This document shows, in pieces, positions 19,737-29,496 of a stretch of 64,000 nt of DNA. The first letter of the stretch is position 1. Every line of letters begins with the position of its first letter. The notes beneath the pieces are model-generated. The model saw only the letters and a list, made by a program, of their open reading frames with translations, did no database searches and was not told the DNA's origin. The stretch lies in sequence record SRR22947727_4435. One strand, given 5' to 3'. A program made the translations under genes and the position numbers.

Positions 19737-20288
19737 GTGAACTGGGAGAAATTCCGGCCGGCCGTCGGCCTTGCCACCGCACTCGCCGGCGCGCTGCTCG
19801 TGGCGTGCGGCGGTGACGCCGATTTCGTTGCGATCGAGCCGCAGCCCGAGCCGGGCCTGTCCATGCCCAGTGCGGTCGAGGGCCCGTTTCCGGTGACCCG
19901 CGTGGTCGACGGTGACACCGTGCGCGTCCTAATGAAGGGCCAGGACACCGCGGTGCGACTGATCGGCATCGACACCCCCGAAACGGTGGCGCCGAATCGT
20001 CCGGTGGAGTGCGCGGGCCCGGAGGCCAGCGTATATGCGGAGCAGTTGATGTCCGGCGAGGACGTCTTCCTCGAACTCGACGCAAGCCAAGGCACCTACG
20101 ACAACTACGACCGGATCCTTGCCTACGTGTGGCTCGAGGACGACCTGATGGTCAACCTGGCGATGATCGACGCCGGCCTCGCACAGGAATACACCTACGA
20201 CGATCCCTACACCTACCAGCAGCTATTCCAACAAGCCGAGCAAGACGCTAAGGACGACCTGCGGGGGCTGTGGGGTCAGATCTGTTGA
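19737..20288 (+). CDS. Thermonuclease (SNase) family lipoprotein
   Basis: Lipobox LVAC; VVDGDT, VRLIGIDTPE, D.YDRILAYV, RGLW. Confidence 0.93.
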   Translation: MNWEKFRPAVGLATALAGALLVACGGDADFVAIEPQPEPGLSMPSAVEGPFPVTRVVDGDTVRVLMKGQDTAVRLIGIDTPETVAPNRPVECAGPEASVYAEQLMSGEDVFLELDASQGTYDNYDRILAYVWLEDDLMVNLAMIDAGLAQEYTYDDPYTYQQLFQQAEQDAKDDLRGLWGQIC

Positions 20289-20289
20289 C

Positions 20290-21168
20290 CTAGCGCGATC
20301 CCACGGTGGCGCGAGCATGCTCCATGCCCGTGGCCATGAACTCCCGCGCGTGCGTGCCGAGGTCCATGCTGTCCTCCCACAGGTTCCGCCACACCGCCAA
20401 CGTGTTGGACAGGTGCTGGTCGACGACGGCCGAGGAGAACGACTCGAAGGTGATCGGCCCCTGATAGTCGATGTCGGCCAGCGCGCCGAAGACTTCCTCG
20501 AAGTCGATGGTTCCTTGCCCCAAGTACCCGCGATTCGATTCCCCGATGTGCACGTAGCCCAAGCGATCGCCCGCTAGGAGCAGGGGAGTGCGGAACCCCC
20601 GTTCCTCGATGTTCATGTGATAAACGTCCGCGTGCACCACAACGTTGTCCTCATCGACAGCGTCCATGTAGTCCAGTGTCTGCTGCACGGTGTTCAGCAG
20701 GTTGCTTTCGTACCGGTTGACGAACTCCAGGGTGATGGTGATGCCGGAGCGCGCTGACTCCTGAGCGAGCTCCCTAATAACCGCGACGCTGTTCGCGCGA
20801 GCGGCGGCCGTCCCCGGACCGGGGTACTTGTCCATGGCGCTGAAGATCACCCCGCCGAGGTGGGTGGCGCCGACTCCGCGAGCAACCTGCAAAGCGGACA
20901 TCAACGTGTCGCGTCCGGCAGCGACCAACGCCGTGTCCTCGCTGTTGATGTCGGTCGCGAACGTCAGCCCCAACGTCATGGTCGCCGACAGGCCGTGCGC
21001 CTCAAGGCGTGCGCGCGTGTCGTCTACGTCGATCGCGGAGGGATCCAATGCGGGGATCTCGATGAGGTCATATCCGGCGGCGGCGGTGCGCGAGATCGCG
21101 AATTCGGCCTGCTCGGGTTCCCATCCCCCCGTCCACACCAGGGCGTGCACCCCGAAAGCGTTCGTCAC
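20290..21168 (-). CDS. Sugar isomerase/epimerase, D-psicose/D-tagatose 3-epimerase-like
   Basis: LEFVNRYES, HADVYHMNIEE, YVHIGESNRGYLG, ITFESF; GTG 21168 after SD GGAGGT. Confidence 0.88.
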   Translation of the reverse strand: MTNAFGVHALVWTGGWEPEQAEFAISRTAAAGYDLIEIPALDPSAIDVDDTRARLEAHGLSATMTLGLTFATDINSEDTALVAAGRDTLMSALQVARGVGATHLGGVIFSAMDKYPGPGTAAARANSVAVIRELAQESARSGITITLEFVNRYESNLLNTVQQTLDYMDAVDEDNVVVHADVYHMNIEERGFRTPLLLAGDRLGYVHIGESNRGYLGQGTIDFEEVFGALADIDYQGPITFESFSSAVVDQHLSNTLAVWRNLWEDSMDLGTHAREFMATGMEHARATVGSR

Positions 21169-21197
21169 AGCCACCTCCCAAAGCCTCGTTCGAGCCT

Positions 21198-21225
21198 CTA
21201 TCCAACCCTCACTCGTGTTGGATAG
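21198..21225. promoter_or_regulatory. 9-bp inverted repeat between divergent epimerase and exonuclease genes
   Basis: CTATCCAAC-N10-GTTGGATAG. Confidence 0.45.
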
Positions 21226-21229
21226 GAGC

Positions 21230-21913
21230 GTGACCCCGGAAACGAACGCCCCTGCCCCCTGGTGGCTTGATCCGGGCTTTATCGCCTTCGACACCGAGAC
21301 CACGGGAGTGGACCCAGCATCGGATCGGATCGTGACCGCCGCGATGGTGAACTTCGCGAACGGCGAGGTCACCAGTGAGCACGAATGGCTGCTCAAGCTC
21401 GACATCCCGATCCCACCGGCCAGCACACAGGTCCACGGGATCACCGATGAGCGCTCTCAGGCTCACGGTCAACAAGAACGCGAAGCACTCGTCGAGATCC
21501 ACGAGCAACTCACCTCACGGACGGTGCCCATCGTGGCCTTCAACGCCACCTTCGACGTGAACATGTTGAACGCCAACCTCGCCCGCCATGGCATTCCCAC
21601 GATCACCGAGATTCCGATCATCTGCCCGTACGTTCTCGACAAGCACTTCGACAAGTACGTCAAGGGACGCAATCAGCGCCGATTGATGCCCACGATCGAG
21701 CGCTACGGACTCCAACTCTCCGAGGACAGTTGGCACGGCGCCACCGCCGACGCCACCATCACCGGTCAACTCTTCCTCGCCCAAATGGATACCTACGACG
21801 CGCTGCGCGACATCGCACCCGATCAGCTCAGCGACAACGTCGAAACCTGGCGCGAGCAGCAAGAAGCCGATTTCCAGGCGTGGCTGGCGAGGAAGCGCGC
21901 CGAAGAGAGCTAG
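21230..21913 (+). CDS. DEDDh 3'-5' exonuclease (DnaQ-like)
   Basis: ExoI FDTETTG, ExoII AFNATFD, ExoIII WHGATADA. Confidence 0.9.
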   Translation: MTPETNAPAPWWLDPGFIAFDTETTGVDPASDRIVTAAMVNFANGEVTSEHEWLLKLDIPIPPASTQVHGITDERSQAHGQQEREALVEIHEQLTSRTVPIVAFNATFDVNMLNANLARHGIPTITEIPIICPYVLDKHFDKYVKGRNQRRLMPTIERYGLQLSEDSWHGATADATITGQLFLAQMDTYDALRDIAPDQLSDNVETWREQQEADFQAWLARKRAEES

Positions 21914-21918
21914 CGGGT

Positions 21919-21973
21919 GAGCCCCGGACTCATAATCTGGTGGTCGTCGGTTCGAGCCCGACCCGCCCCACCA
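21919..21973 (+). pseudogene. 5'-truncated tRNA with CAT anticodon (Ile2/Met type); att-like remnant
   Basis: GAGC-C-CCGGA CTCATAA TCTGG-TGGTC-GTCGG TTCGAGC CCGAC-CCGCCCC-A-CCA. Anticodon arm, T arm, 3' acceptor strand and CCA are intact. No GGGGCGG 5' strand lies directly upstream, where the exonuclease 3' end sits instead. Confidence 0.8.
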
Positions 21974-22126
21974 CTATTTGTCCCGTAAAAAGCGTCCCCT
22001 CTTCGCTTCGCGATCAAGTGCAGGCGCCGGCTTTCTAACGAATGTGCTGGAGACTCTGAGTTGCCCACAGGCGCATGGGTGGAGCACCAATTCCGCGCCA
22101 AGCTTGTGTGCTTTCATGGGATCTGT

Positions 22127-23503
22127 ATGCGTAGTTCTCAAGTCTTTGTCACCGTGCTGTGCATGTCAGGCCTCGCGCTGGCAGCGTGCTCGTCGCAAGA
22201 GGCTGCCCCGGAGCCATCTGCGTCACCGACAGTCATGCCGTCGGAGTCCATGCCACCGTCCGCCACTCCCAGCCCGGAACCTACGCCGTCGTTGCCCGTA
22301 AAGCCTTTGCGTGAGGTGACATTCGCGCCGCTGGATCCAGGGATGTTGGGTATGCACGTGGCGGGGGCGCAGGAGGGTGATTGGCCTTCGGATGCGGTGC
22401 CGGTGGAGTCGTTGCGGCTGTGGGATACCGGGACGTCGTGGTTGCAGATCGAGGCGACGCGTGGTCGATACGAGTGGGGCTTGTTGGACACGGCGCTGGA
22501 GACTGCCGCGGATGCGGGGGTTACCGATGTGTTGATGGTGCTCGGGCCCACACCGGTATGGAACGCGAGCTCGCTGAAGGGCGTGCAGTATCCGGTGGCG
22601 GGCGCCGCTTCGGAGCCGAAGTCTTTGCAGGCATGGGATGACTTTGTTACGGCGGTGGTGGATCGATATGCGGGACAGATAACTGCGTACCAGATCTGGA
22701 ACGAAGCGTCGCTCAAGATGTTCTGGCAGGGCAGCCCTGAGCAGATGGCTGACCTGACCGATCGCGCGTACCGGATCATCAAGGACAAGGACCCGTCGGC
22801 GCTGGTGGTGGGGGCGAGCACGACGGTGCGGCTGCTCGGAGCGTTCGAACGGTTCTTCCCGGCCTATGTGGAGGAGTTGGCCGCTAGGGATTGGCCGGTG
22901 GACGTGTTGGCGGTGCACTCCTACCCCAGTGGGATCCAGGGACCGCTGGATCGAGCGCGCAACCTTCGCCTGGTCCGGCACACGCTCGATCGGCTGAATG
23001 CGCCGGCGTTGCCGGTGTGGGACACGGAGTTGAACTACGGGCTCGCCGGTCCGGGAGATGTGCCGCGCGGTGAGATCGTGGGGGACCAAGCGACGAGCTG
23101 GGTGGTGCGGACGTATCTGGACTCGATGCGCTTCGGGGTTGGTCGCACGTACTTCTATATCTGGACTCCCGAGCCCTATGAGCTGCTCGGCATGCAGATG
23201 ACCAACGATTCCGGAGCCGCGGCCGGGCTGCGGGTGGTCTCGGACTGGCTGGTCGGCGGCGAGTGGGGCGGATGCGAAGTCTCCGGCTTGGTCAACACGT
23301 GCGTGGTGCGCAAAGACGGCGAGGTCAGTGAGTTGCTGTGGGCGGACTTTGGAGAGGGCCAGGTGAGCGGGTTGCCCGAGGGCGCGGAAGCGTGCACGGC
23401 GCTGGGCGCCTGCCAGTTAATCGGCGAGGACGAAAGCATCGTCGTCGACGACGTACCGGTGCGCGTGTTCCCGGCTCGTGATGTTGTGGACGTCGGCTCG
23501 TAG
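22127..23503 (+). CDS. Clan GH-A glycoside hydrolase lipoprotein (GH39/GH5-like)
   Basis: Lipobox LAAC, Pro/Ser linker, LRLWD, YQIWNE (acid/base), PVWDTE (nucleophile). Confidence 0.8.
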   Translation: MRSSQVFVTVLCMSGLALAACSSQEAAPEPSASPTVMPSESMPPSATPSPEPTPSLPVKPLREVTFAPLDPGMLGMHVAGAQEGDWPSDAVPVESLRLWDTGTSWLQIEATRGRYEWGLLDTALETAADAGVTDVLMVLGPTPVWNASSLKGVQYPVAGAASEPKSLQAWDDFVTAVVDRYAGQITAYQIWNEASLKMFWQGSPEQMADLTDRAYRIIKDKDPSALVVGASTTVRLLGAFERFFPAYVEELAARDWPVDVLAVHSYPSGIQGPLDRARNLRLVRHTLDRLNAPALPVWDTELNYGLAGPGDVPRGEIVGDQATSWVVRTYLDSMRFGVGRTYFYIWTPEPYELLGMQMTNDSGAAAGLRVVSDWLVGGEWGGCEVSGLVNTCVVRKDGEVSELLWADFGEGQVSGLPEGAEACTALGACQLIGEDESIVVDDVPVRVFPARDVVDVGS

Positions 23504-23563
23504 TTCCGACCCCGGGCCAAGCGGCCGGAACTGCAGTCCTGGCTGGCCGCCTAGGGTTGGTCC

Positions 23564-24760
23564 GTGCGGCGCGTCGTGATCTTGGGCAGTACCGGCTCCA
23601 TCGGGACACAGGCGCTCGACGTCATCCGCCGCAACCCCGAACGCTTCACGGTCGTCGGGTTGGCGGCCTCGGGCGCGCGAGGGGAGTTGCTACTGAAGCA
23701 GGTGCGCGAATTCCAGCCGTCGGTGGTGGCGGTGTCTGCCTCCTCGGCTGTTGCGGACCTGCAATTGGGTATTTACGCCTGGGCTCAAGACAACGGTTAC
23801 GCGGCCGGCGATGCGTCTATTCCGGAGATCATTGCCGGGCCGACGGCAGTAGTTGATATCGCCGGGGTCGAGTGCGATGTGGTCGTGAACGGCCTCGCTG
23901 GAGCCGCCGGGCTGGAGCCGACCTTGGCCGCGCTGCGTAGCGGGTCTGTCGTCGCCCTGGCGAACAAGGAGTCCTTGATCATCGGCGGTGACCTCGTTCG
24001 CGGGGTCGCGCACGCCGACCAGATCGTTCCGGTGGATTCCGAGCACTCGGCGATCGCGCAGTGCCTGGCCGCCGGTGCTCGCAGTGATGTGCGCCGGTTG
24101 ATCCTGACGGCTTCGGGCGGGCCGTTTCGTGGATGGTCGGCCACGGACCTGGAGTCGGTGACTGCTGAGCAGGCGTTGGCGCATCCCACCTGGGATATGG
24201 GCCCGCTGGTGACGATCAACTCCGCCACCTTGATGAACAAGGGATTAGAGGTGATCGAGGCTCACCTGCTGTTCGATGTGGAGTTCTCGGACATCTCCGT
24301 GGTGGTGCATCCACAATCGATCGTGCACTCGATGGTGGAGTTCGTCGACGGATCCACGATCGCGCAAGTGTCCCCACCTGACATGCGGCTACCGATCGCG
24401 CTGGGTCTGGATTGGCCGCATCGAGTGGCCGGCGCCGCGCCCGCGTGCTCGTGGGAGCAGGCGACCTCGTGGGATTTCTTCCCGCTGGATGAGGACGCGT
24501 TCCCGGCGGTGACCCTGGCCCGGCGCGCCGGGCAGGCCGGCGGGACGGCACCGGCGGTGTTGAACGGCGCCAACGAGGTGTGTGTCGAGGCGTTCCTTCA
24601 GGGGCGCTTGCCCTTCACCGGGATCGTGTCCACGGTGTCGAATCTGGTCAATGAGCACCTCGATTCGGGGTGGATATCGGGGGAGAGCGTGAGCGTGGCC
24701 GACGTCCTGGACGCCGATCGGTGGGCGCGCTCGCGGGTCCAGCAACTCGTCCACGGTTGA
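23564..24760 (+). CDS. dxr: 1-deoxy-D-xylulose-5-phosphate reductoisomerase
   Basis: [40 protein letters not shown]. Confidence 0.98.
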   Translation: MRRVVILGSTGSIGTQALDVIRRNPERFTVVGLAASGARGELLLKQVREFQPSVVAVSASSAVADLQLGIYAWAQDNGYAAGDASIPEIIAGPTAVVDIAGVECDVVVNGLAGAAGLEPTLAALRSGSVVALANKESLIIGGDLVRGVAHADQIVPVDSEHSAIAQCLAAGARSDVRRLILTASGGPFRGWSATDLESVTAEQALAHPTWDMGPLVTINSATLMNKGLEVIEAHLLFDVEFSDISVVVHPQSIVHSMVEFVDGSTIAQVSPPDMRLPIALGLDWPHRVAGAAPACSWEQATSWDFFPLDEDAFPAVTLARRAGQAGGTAPAVLNGANEVCVEAFLQGRLPFTGIVSTVSNLVNEHLDSGWISGESVSVADVLDADRWARSRVQQLVHG

Positions 24761-24814
24761 GTCCCCTCGCCGGTGGGTAGCCGCAGTGCCCGGTGAGGCA
24801 CCACAATGCTCCGC

Positions 24815-25792
24815 ATGAGCACTATGCGCGCCGCACGGTATTCGCAGGTAGGACCGGCAGCCTCGGTCCTGGGCGTCGATCAGATACCGATCCCGAAGCC
24901 AGGACCCAATCAGGTTCGAGTGAAGGTGGCCTTCTCGGGCATCAACCCCACCGACGTCAAGAACCGTGCCGGGTCGGCGGCGTGGGATATGGCCGACTTT
25001 CAGATTCCCCACCAGGACGGGTCCGGTGTCATCGACATCGTCGGCGCGAACGTGGATCCCGCACGCATCGGTGAGCGGGTGTGGATCATGTTGTCGGCGT
25101 TCGACAATGTGTATGGCACGGCCGCCGAGTACTGCATCGTCGATGTTGCGAACGTGCGCCCGCTACCGGAGAACGCTGATCTCGAACTCGGGTCAACGCT
25201 GGGCGTCCCCGCGGTGACCGCGGCCTACTGCGTTCTCGGTGACGGACCCGTCGAAGGGAAGGTCGTTCTCGTGCAGGGCGGCGCCGGGGGAGTCGGGCGA
25301 GCCGCAGTGGAGATCGCGAAGTGGGCCGGCGCCACAGTCGTGGCTACCGCGTCCACACCGGAGCGGCAAGAGGTTGCCCGGCAGGCGGGCGCGGACTTCG
25401 TCTTCGATTACCGCGACCCGGACATCATCTTCGACATCCGCGAAGCCGTCGGATCCGTGGATCGCATCATCGAAGTGAACCTTTCCGCGAACCTCGAGAT
25501 GGATCTCGAGGTCAGCAAGCCCGACACCGTCGTGGTCGTCTACGCCTCGACGGGCGCCGATATTCAGATACCGACGCGGCAGTTGATGATCGCGGGGCTG
25601 GTCCTTGAGTTCATGCTGCTGTACACGGTAGCCGCGGACAAGCTCGCGACGGCCGTCTCTCAGGTGGAATCCGCCCTCGCCGAGGGCGCGCTGACAATGC
25701 CCCCGGTCCGATACTTCGAGTTGGACGACATCGTCTCCGCCCACGAGACTCAGGAGGCGGGAGCGCCCTCCCGACTAGTGATTCGCCTCTAG
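24815..25792 (+). CDS. NADPH:quinone reductase (zeta-crystallin-like MDR)
   Basis: SGINPTDVK, PHQDGSG, GTAAEY, GGAGGVG; start 24806, 24815 or 24824. Confidence 0.88.
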   Translation: MSTMRAARYSQVGPAASVLGVDQIPIPKPGPNQVRVKVAFSGINPTDVKNRAGSAAWDMADFQIPHQDGSGVIDIVGANVDPARIGERVWIMLSAFDNVYGTAAEYCIVDVANVRPLPENADLELGSTLGVPAVTAAYCVLGDGPVEGKVVLVQGGAGGVGRAAVEIAKWAGATVVATASTPERQEVARQAGADFVFDYRDPDIIFDIREAVGSVDRIIEVNLSANLEMDLEVSKPDTVVVVYASTGADIQIPTRQLMIAGLVLEFMLLYTVAADKLATAVSQVESALAEGALTMPPVRYFELDDIVSAHETQEAGAPSRLVIRL

Positions 25793-25863
25793 TCGGGATC
25801 CTGCGGGGGGCACGATGCGTCCCATAAGTGTCCCCACGGGGCACGGCGAGGGAGAATGAGGTT

Positions 25864-27189
25864 ATGGGGCTGGAGATTCTCGGCATCACGCTGTTCGTGC
25901 TGCTCATCGGAGCGTCCATCGCCCTGCACGAAATCGGACACCTCGTGCCGGCCAAGAAGTTCGGCGTCCGGGTCACCGACTACATGGTCGGTTTCGGTCC
26001 CACCATCTGGTCCAAGGCCAAAGGTGAGACCCGCTACGGACTGAAGGCCTTCCCGGTAGGCGGCTACATCCGGATGATCGGGATGCTCCCCCCAGGCAAA
26101 GAAGACCCCGAGGGCACTGCTCGTTCTATGAACACCGGACGGTTCGCGGCGATGGTCGCTCAAGCCCGCCAGCAGTCCCTCGAAGAGGTGCGCCCGGGAG
26201 ATGAGAAGCGCCTGTTCTACAAACTTCCCGTCCGTAAGCGCGTGATCATCATGCTGGGCGGGCCGGTGATGAACCTGGTGCTGGCTTTTTTGCTGTTCGG
26301 CATCGTGCTCGTCGGCATCGGAATTCCCGCGCCGACGACGGCGGTGAATTCCGTGGTGCCGTGCACGCCGACGGTGGCGCTGCCGGCCGGAGATGCTCTA
26401 CCGTCCGGCGCATGCCCGTCGGGAACGTCGGCGACACCCGCAGCGGCGGCCGGTTTCGAGCCCGGAGACGTGATCGTTTCCGTGGGCCCGGTGGCGTCGT
26501 CATCGTGGGATGACATCACCGAGTGGATTCGGGCAAACCCCGGACGCAGCACCCAGGTGGTGGTGGAGCGCGACGGCGGTCAGGTATCCCTGCCGTTGAC
26601 CGTCGCCGACATCGAGCGACCGGTCTACGACGAGTATGGAGAGATCACCGAGCAGGTAGAACAGATCGGCTTCCTCGGAGTGGCTCCGGTGTTCGAATAC
26701 CAATCGCAACCGGTCTCCAGCGTCCCGGCATATATGTGGGACTTGACCTATCGATCGGCCGCCGCATTGTTGACGTTGCCGATCCGCATCTACGAACTCG
26801 TCGACGAAACGTTGATCGGGGGCGGCGACCGGTCGATTAACTCTCCGGTGTCGGTTGTCGGTGCGTCCAGGCTCGGCGGCGAGATCGCGGCCATGCAGCA
26901 ACCGGTGACCGCCAAGGTCGCCACGTTCCTTGGCCTGGCCGCGTCGTTAAACCTGTTCTTGTTCCTGTTCAACCTGCTGCCGATACTTCCGCTGGACGGC
27001 GGGCACGTCGCCGGAGCGCTATACGAATCTGTGAAGAGATTCATCGCGCGCGTGCGCGGCAAGCCCGACCCTGGGCCGGTGGATACGGCTCGACTCTTGC
27101 CCGTTGCCTACGTGGTGGCGGCCGTGCTGCTGGGAGTCGGTCTCGTGGTCATCTGGGCCGACCTGGTGAAGCCGATCACCTTGAGTTAG
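25864..27189 (+). CDS. rseP: M50 site-2 intramembrane Zn protease with PDZ domain (RseP/Rip1)
   Basis: HEIGH, VGFGP, GGYIRMIGM, FNLLPILPLDGGH. Confidence 0.93.
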   Translation: MGLEILGITLFVLLIGASIALHEIGHLVPAKKFGVRVTDYMVGFGPTIWSKAKGETRYGLKAFPVGGYIRMIGMLPPGKEDPEGTARSMNTGRFAAMVAQARQQSLEEVRPGDEKRLFYKLPVRKRVIIMLGGPVMNLVLAFLLFGIVLVGIGIPAPTTAVNSVVPCTPTVALPAGDALPSGACPSGTSATPAAAAGFEPGDVIVSVGPVASSSWDDITEWIRANPGRSTQVVVERDGGQVSLPLTVADIERPVYDEYGEITEQVEQIGFLGVAPVFEYQSQPVSSVPAYMWDLTYRSAAALLTLPIRIYELVDETLIGGGDRSINSPVSVVGASRLGGEIAAMQQPVTAKVATFLGLAASLNLFLFLFNLLPILPLDGGHVAGALYESVKRFIARVRGKPDPGPVDTARLLPVAYVVAAVLLGVGLVVIWADLVKPITLS

Positions 27190-27206
27190 CCCGCGACCAC
27201 CAACGA

Positions 27207-28220
27207 TTAGTCGTTGTCGTCGGACCCGAAACTTCCGCCGCCGCCGCCGTTGTCGTCCGACGCGGAACCGCCGTCGTTGTCAGCGGGTGAATCACCTGGC
27301 GAGTCGTCTGCCGTGGCCGACGGAGCGTCATCGCTCGAATTGTCGTCGGAGTTGTCATCGCCGGGAGCATCATCGCCCGAAGCGTCATCCTTCGAGGTGT
27401 CGGCGGATTCGATGGCCGGTGGCACCGGTGAGGCCTCCACCGCGGGTGGGGGAGTAGGCGAGTCGAGCGCGGGCGTCGCCGCTATCAATGCCGGTTGCGC
27501 GACGTCTGCGTCGTTCATAGGTGCCGTGCCGTTACCGGCATCAGAGTCGCCAGAAGACCGCGAGCGGCCGATCAGGAAGGCGACCAGGGCGATGACCGCG
27601 AGCACGGCGACGCCGATCACGATCAACAAGATCCACGGGAAGCTGCTCGAGCCGTCCTCGGCGACGACGATGGCTTCGAAACTGTCGTTCAGTCCGGCTT
27701 CGATGCGAAAACTCGTCTCGGATGTTTGATCCACGTTGGTGCCATCGACACTAACGATCGCGCCGGGCATCTCGACGTCAATTTGGTACCCACCGAAGTC
27801 GAGGTCCACCAGGTCATCCAAGAGACCTGCGTCTTCCTCGGCTGCTTGCTCGCCGGAGCTGGAGTAGAACGTGACGGTGTTGTCGTCGCTGGCGTAGATA
27901 TTCCAGATGTCGTCCGCCTGGTCGAAGACTTGATTCTCGAACGAGCAAACCATGGCGACGGCGTTTTCCTGCTCCGCGGGCTCGCAGTTCAGATCCTCGA
28001 CCCCCTCCGCGCCGTCCAGCATCCCCTGCTTGAGTTGATCGACCAGGTCGACACCCGACCCCAAGCCGAGGAGGCCGGATATCTCGCTGGAGATGGCGAT
28101 GGTCATTTCGCCGGTTGCCGTGGCGTCTTCGTTGACCGCGAGGTCGGCGTCGACGTCGAGGCAGCCGCTAAGCACGAATGCCGAGGATGCGAGCAGTGCC
28201 GGGATGAGGAGTCGCTTCAT
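27207..28220 (-). CDS. LppM/DUF3153-like lipoprotein with C-terminal TM and acidic low-complexity tail
   Basis: Lipobox LSGC-LDVDADLAVNED, VEMPGAI motif, TM helix, Asp-rich tail. Confidence 0.7.
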   Translation of the reverse strand: MKRLLIPALLASSAFVLSGCLDVDADLAVNEDATATGEMTIAISSEISGLLGLGSGVDLVDQLKQGMLDGAEGVEDLNCEPAEQENAVAMVCSFENQVFDQADDIWNIYASDDNTVTFYSSSGEQAAEEDAGLLDDLVDLDFGGYQIDVEMPGAIVSVDGTNVDQTSETSFRIEAGLNDSFEAIVVAEDGSSSFPWILLIVIGVAVLAVIALVAFLIGRSRSSGDSDAGNGTAPMNDADVAQPALIAATPALDSPTPPPAVEASPVPPAIESADTSKDDASGDDAPGDDNSDDNSSDDAPSATADDSPGDSPADNDGGSASDDNGGGGGSFGSDDND

Positions 28221-28329
28221 GATGGCCTTCGCGGTTGGAGACAGGTGCTTCCACCGTAGACGTTGATGGGGCGTGATGGGGTGTGTTGGTCGGATCGCCG
28301 GCGGTTCGGCTGGAGGCAATAATGGGGGC

Positions 28330-29487
28330 GTGTCCATCGGATTAGGAATGCCCTCCGCGCCGCCCCCCGTGGTGGCGCCTCGTCGAGCCTCGCGTCAGCT
28401 GCTGCTTCGCCACGATCGGCACCCGGTGCTGGTCGGCGGTGATGCGCCGGTGTCCGTGCAGTCCATGGCGACGACCGTCACCGCGGACGTGAACTCCACG
28501 CTGCAACAGATCGCAGAGTTGACCGCGGCGGGGTGTCAGGTGGTGCGGGTGGCCGTGCCCTCGCAAGACGATGCGGAGGCGCTCCCGATCATCGCGAAGA
28601 AGTCCGGTATCCCGGTCATCGCCGACATCCACTTCCAGCCCAAGTACGTGTTCGCCGCGCTGGACGCCGGTTGCGCAGGAGTGCGCGTCAACCCGGGCAA
28701 TATCAAGCAGTTCGACGACAAGGTGGGGGAGATCGCGCGCGCGGCTGCCGACTGCGGAACCCCGATTCGTATCGGCGTCAACGCCGGCTCGTTGGACAAG
28801 CGCTTGATGGAGAAGTACGGCAAGGCGACGCCGGAAGCGCTCGTGGAGTCGGCGCTATGGGAGTGCTCGCTGTTCGAGGAGCACGATTTCCGCGATATCA
28901 AGATTTCCGTCAAGCACCACGACCCGGTGGTCATGATGCAGGCCTACATGCAGCTCGCCGAACAGTGCGATTACCCACTGCATCTTGGTGTCACCGAGGC
29001 CGGGCCGATCTTTCAGGGAACGATCAAGTCCGCCGTCGCCTTCGGAGGGTTGTTGTCCCGCGGCATCGGGGACACCATCCGGGTGTCGCTGTCGGCACCT
29101 CCGATCGAGGAGGTCCGGGTCGGCCTGCAGATCCTCGAGTCGTTGAACCTGCGCGAACGCGGGCTGGAGATCGTCTCGTGCCCTTCGTGCGGGCGAGCCC
29201 AGGTGGATGTGTACACCCTGGCCGAGCAAGTCACCGCCGGCCTCGAAGGCATGGAGGTCCCGCTACGCGTCGCGGTCATGGGGTGCGTGGTGAACGGACC
29301 GGGCGAGGCTCGAGATGCCGACCTCGGCGTTGCCTCGGGCAACGGCAAAGGCCAGATCTTCGTCAAGGGCGAGGTGATCAAAACTGTGCCCGAGTCCCAG
29401 ATCGTGGAGACGTTGATCGAGGAAGCCATGCGCCTGGCCGAACAGATGGACGGTGAAAGCGGCCCTGTCGTCGTGGAAACCGTCTAG
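28330..29487 (+). CDS. ispG: HMBPP synthase
   Basis: [42 protein letters not shown]. Confidence 0.98.
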   Translation: MSIGLGMPSAPPPVVAPRRASRQLLLRHDRHPVLVGGDAPVSVQSMATTVTADVNSTLQQIAELTAAGCQVVRVAVPSQDDAEALPIIAKKSGIPVIADIHFQPKYVFAALDAGCAGVRVNPGNIKQFDDKVGEIARAAADCGTPIRIGVNAGSLDKRLMEKYGKATPEALVESALWECSLFEEHDFRDIKISVKHHDPVVMMQAYMQLAEQCDYPLHLGVTEAGPIFQGTIKSAVAFGGLLSRGIGDTIRVSLSAPPIEEVRVGLQILESLNLRERGLEIVSCPSCGRAQVDVYTLAEQVTAGLEGMEVPLRVAVMGCVVNGPGEARDADLGVASGNGKGQIFVKGEVIKTVPESQIVETLIEEAMRLAEQMDGESGPVVVETV

Positions 29488-29496
29488 ATTCATCAG

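Noticed and set aside
19395-21444. Long N-terminal extensions from the ORF track that make divergent genes overlap (19395, 20828, 21444; also 34229, 59790, 59857, 61340)
   Set aside because: Downstream starts with an SD, a -10 element or an ATGA overlap remove the overlaps and coincide with where recognisable motifs begin.
21897-21973. Intact tRNA-Met/Ile gene
   Set aside because: The bases at the expected 5' acceptor position cannot pair with CCGCCCC, so it is recorded as a truncated remnant.
4499-23503. Active prophage or integrative element
   Set aside because: No integrase, transposase, relaxase or virion genes, and no second att copy seen.
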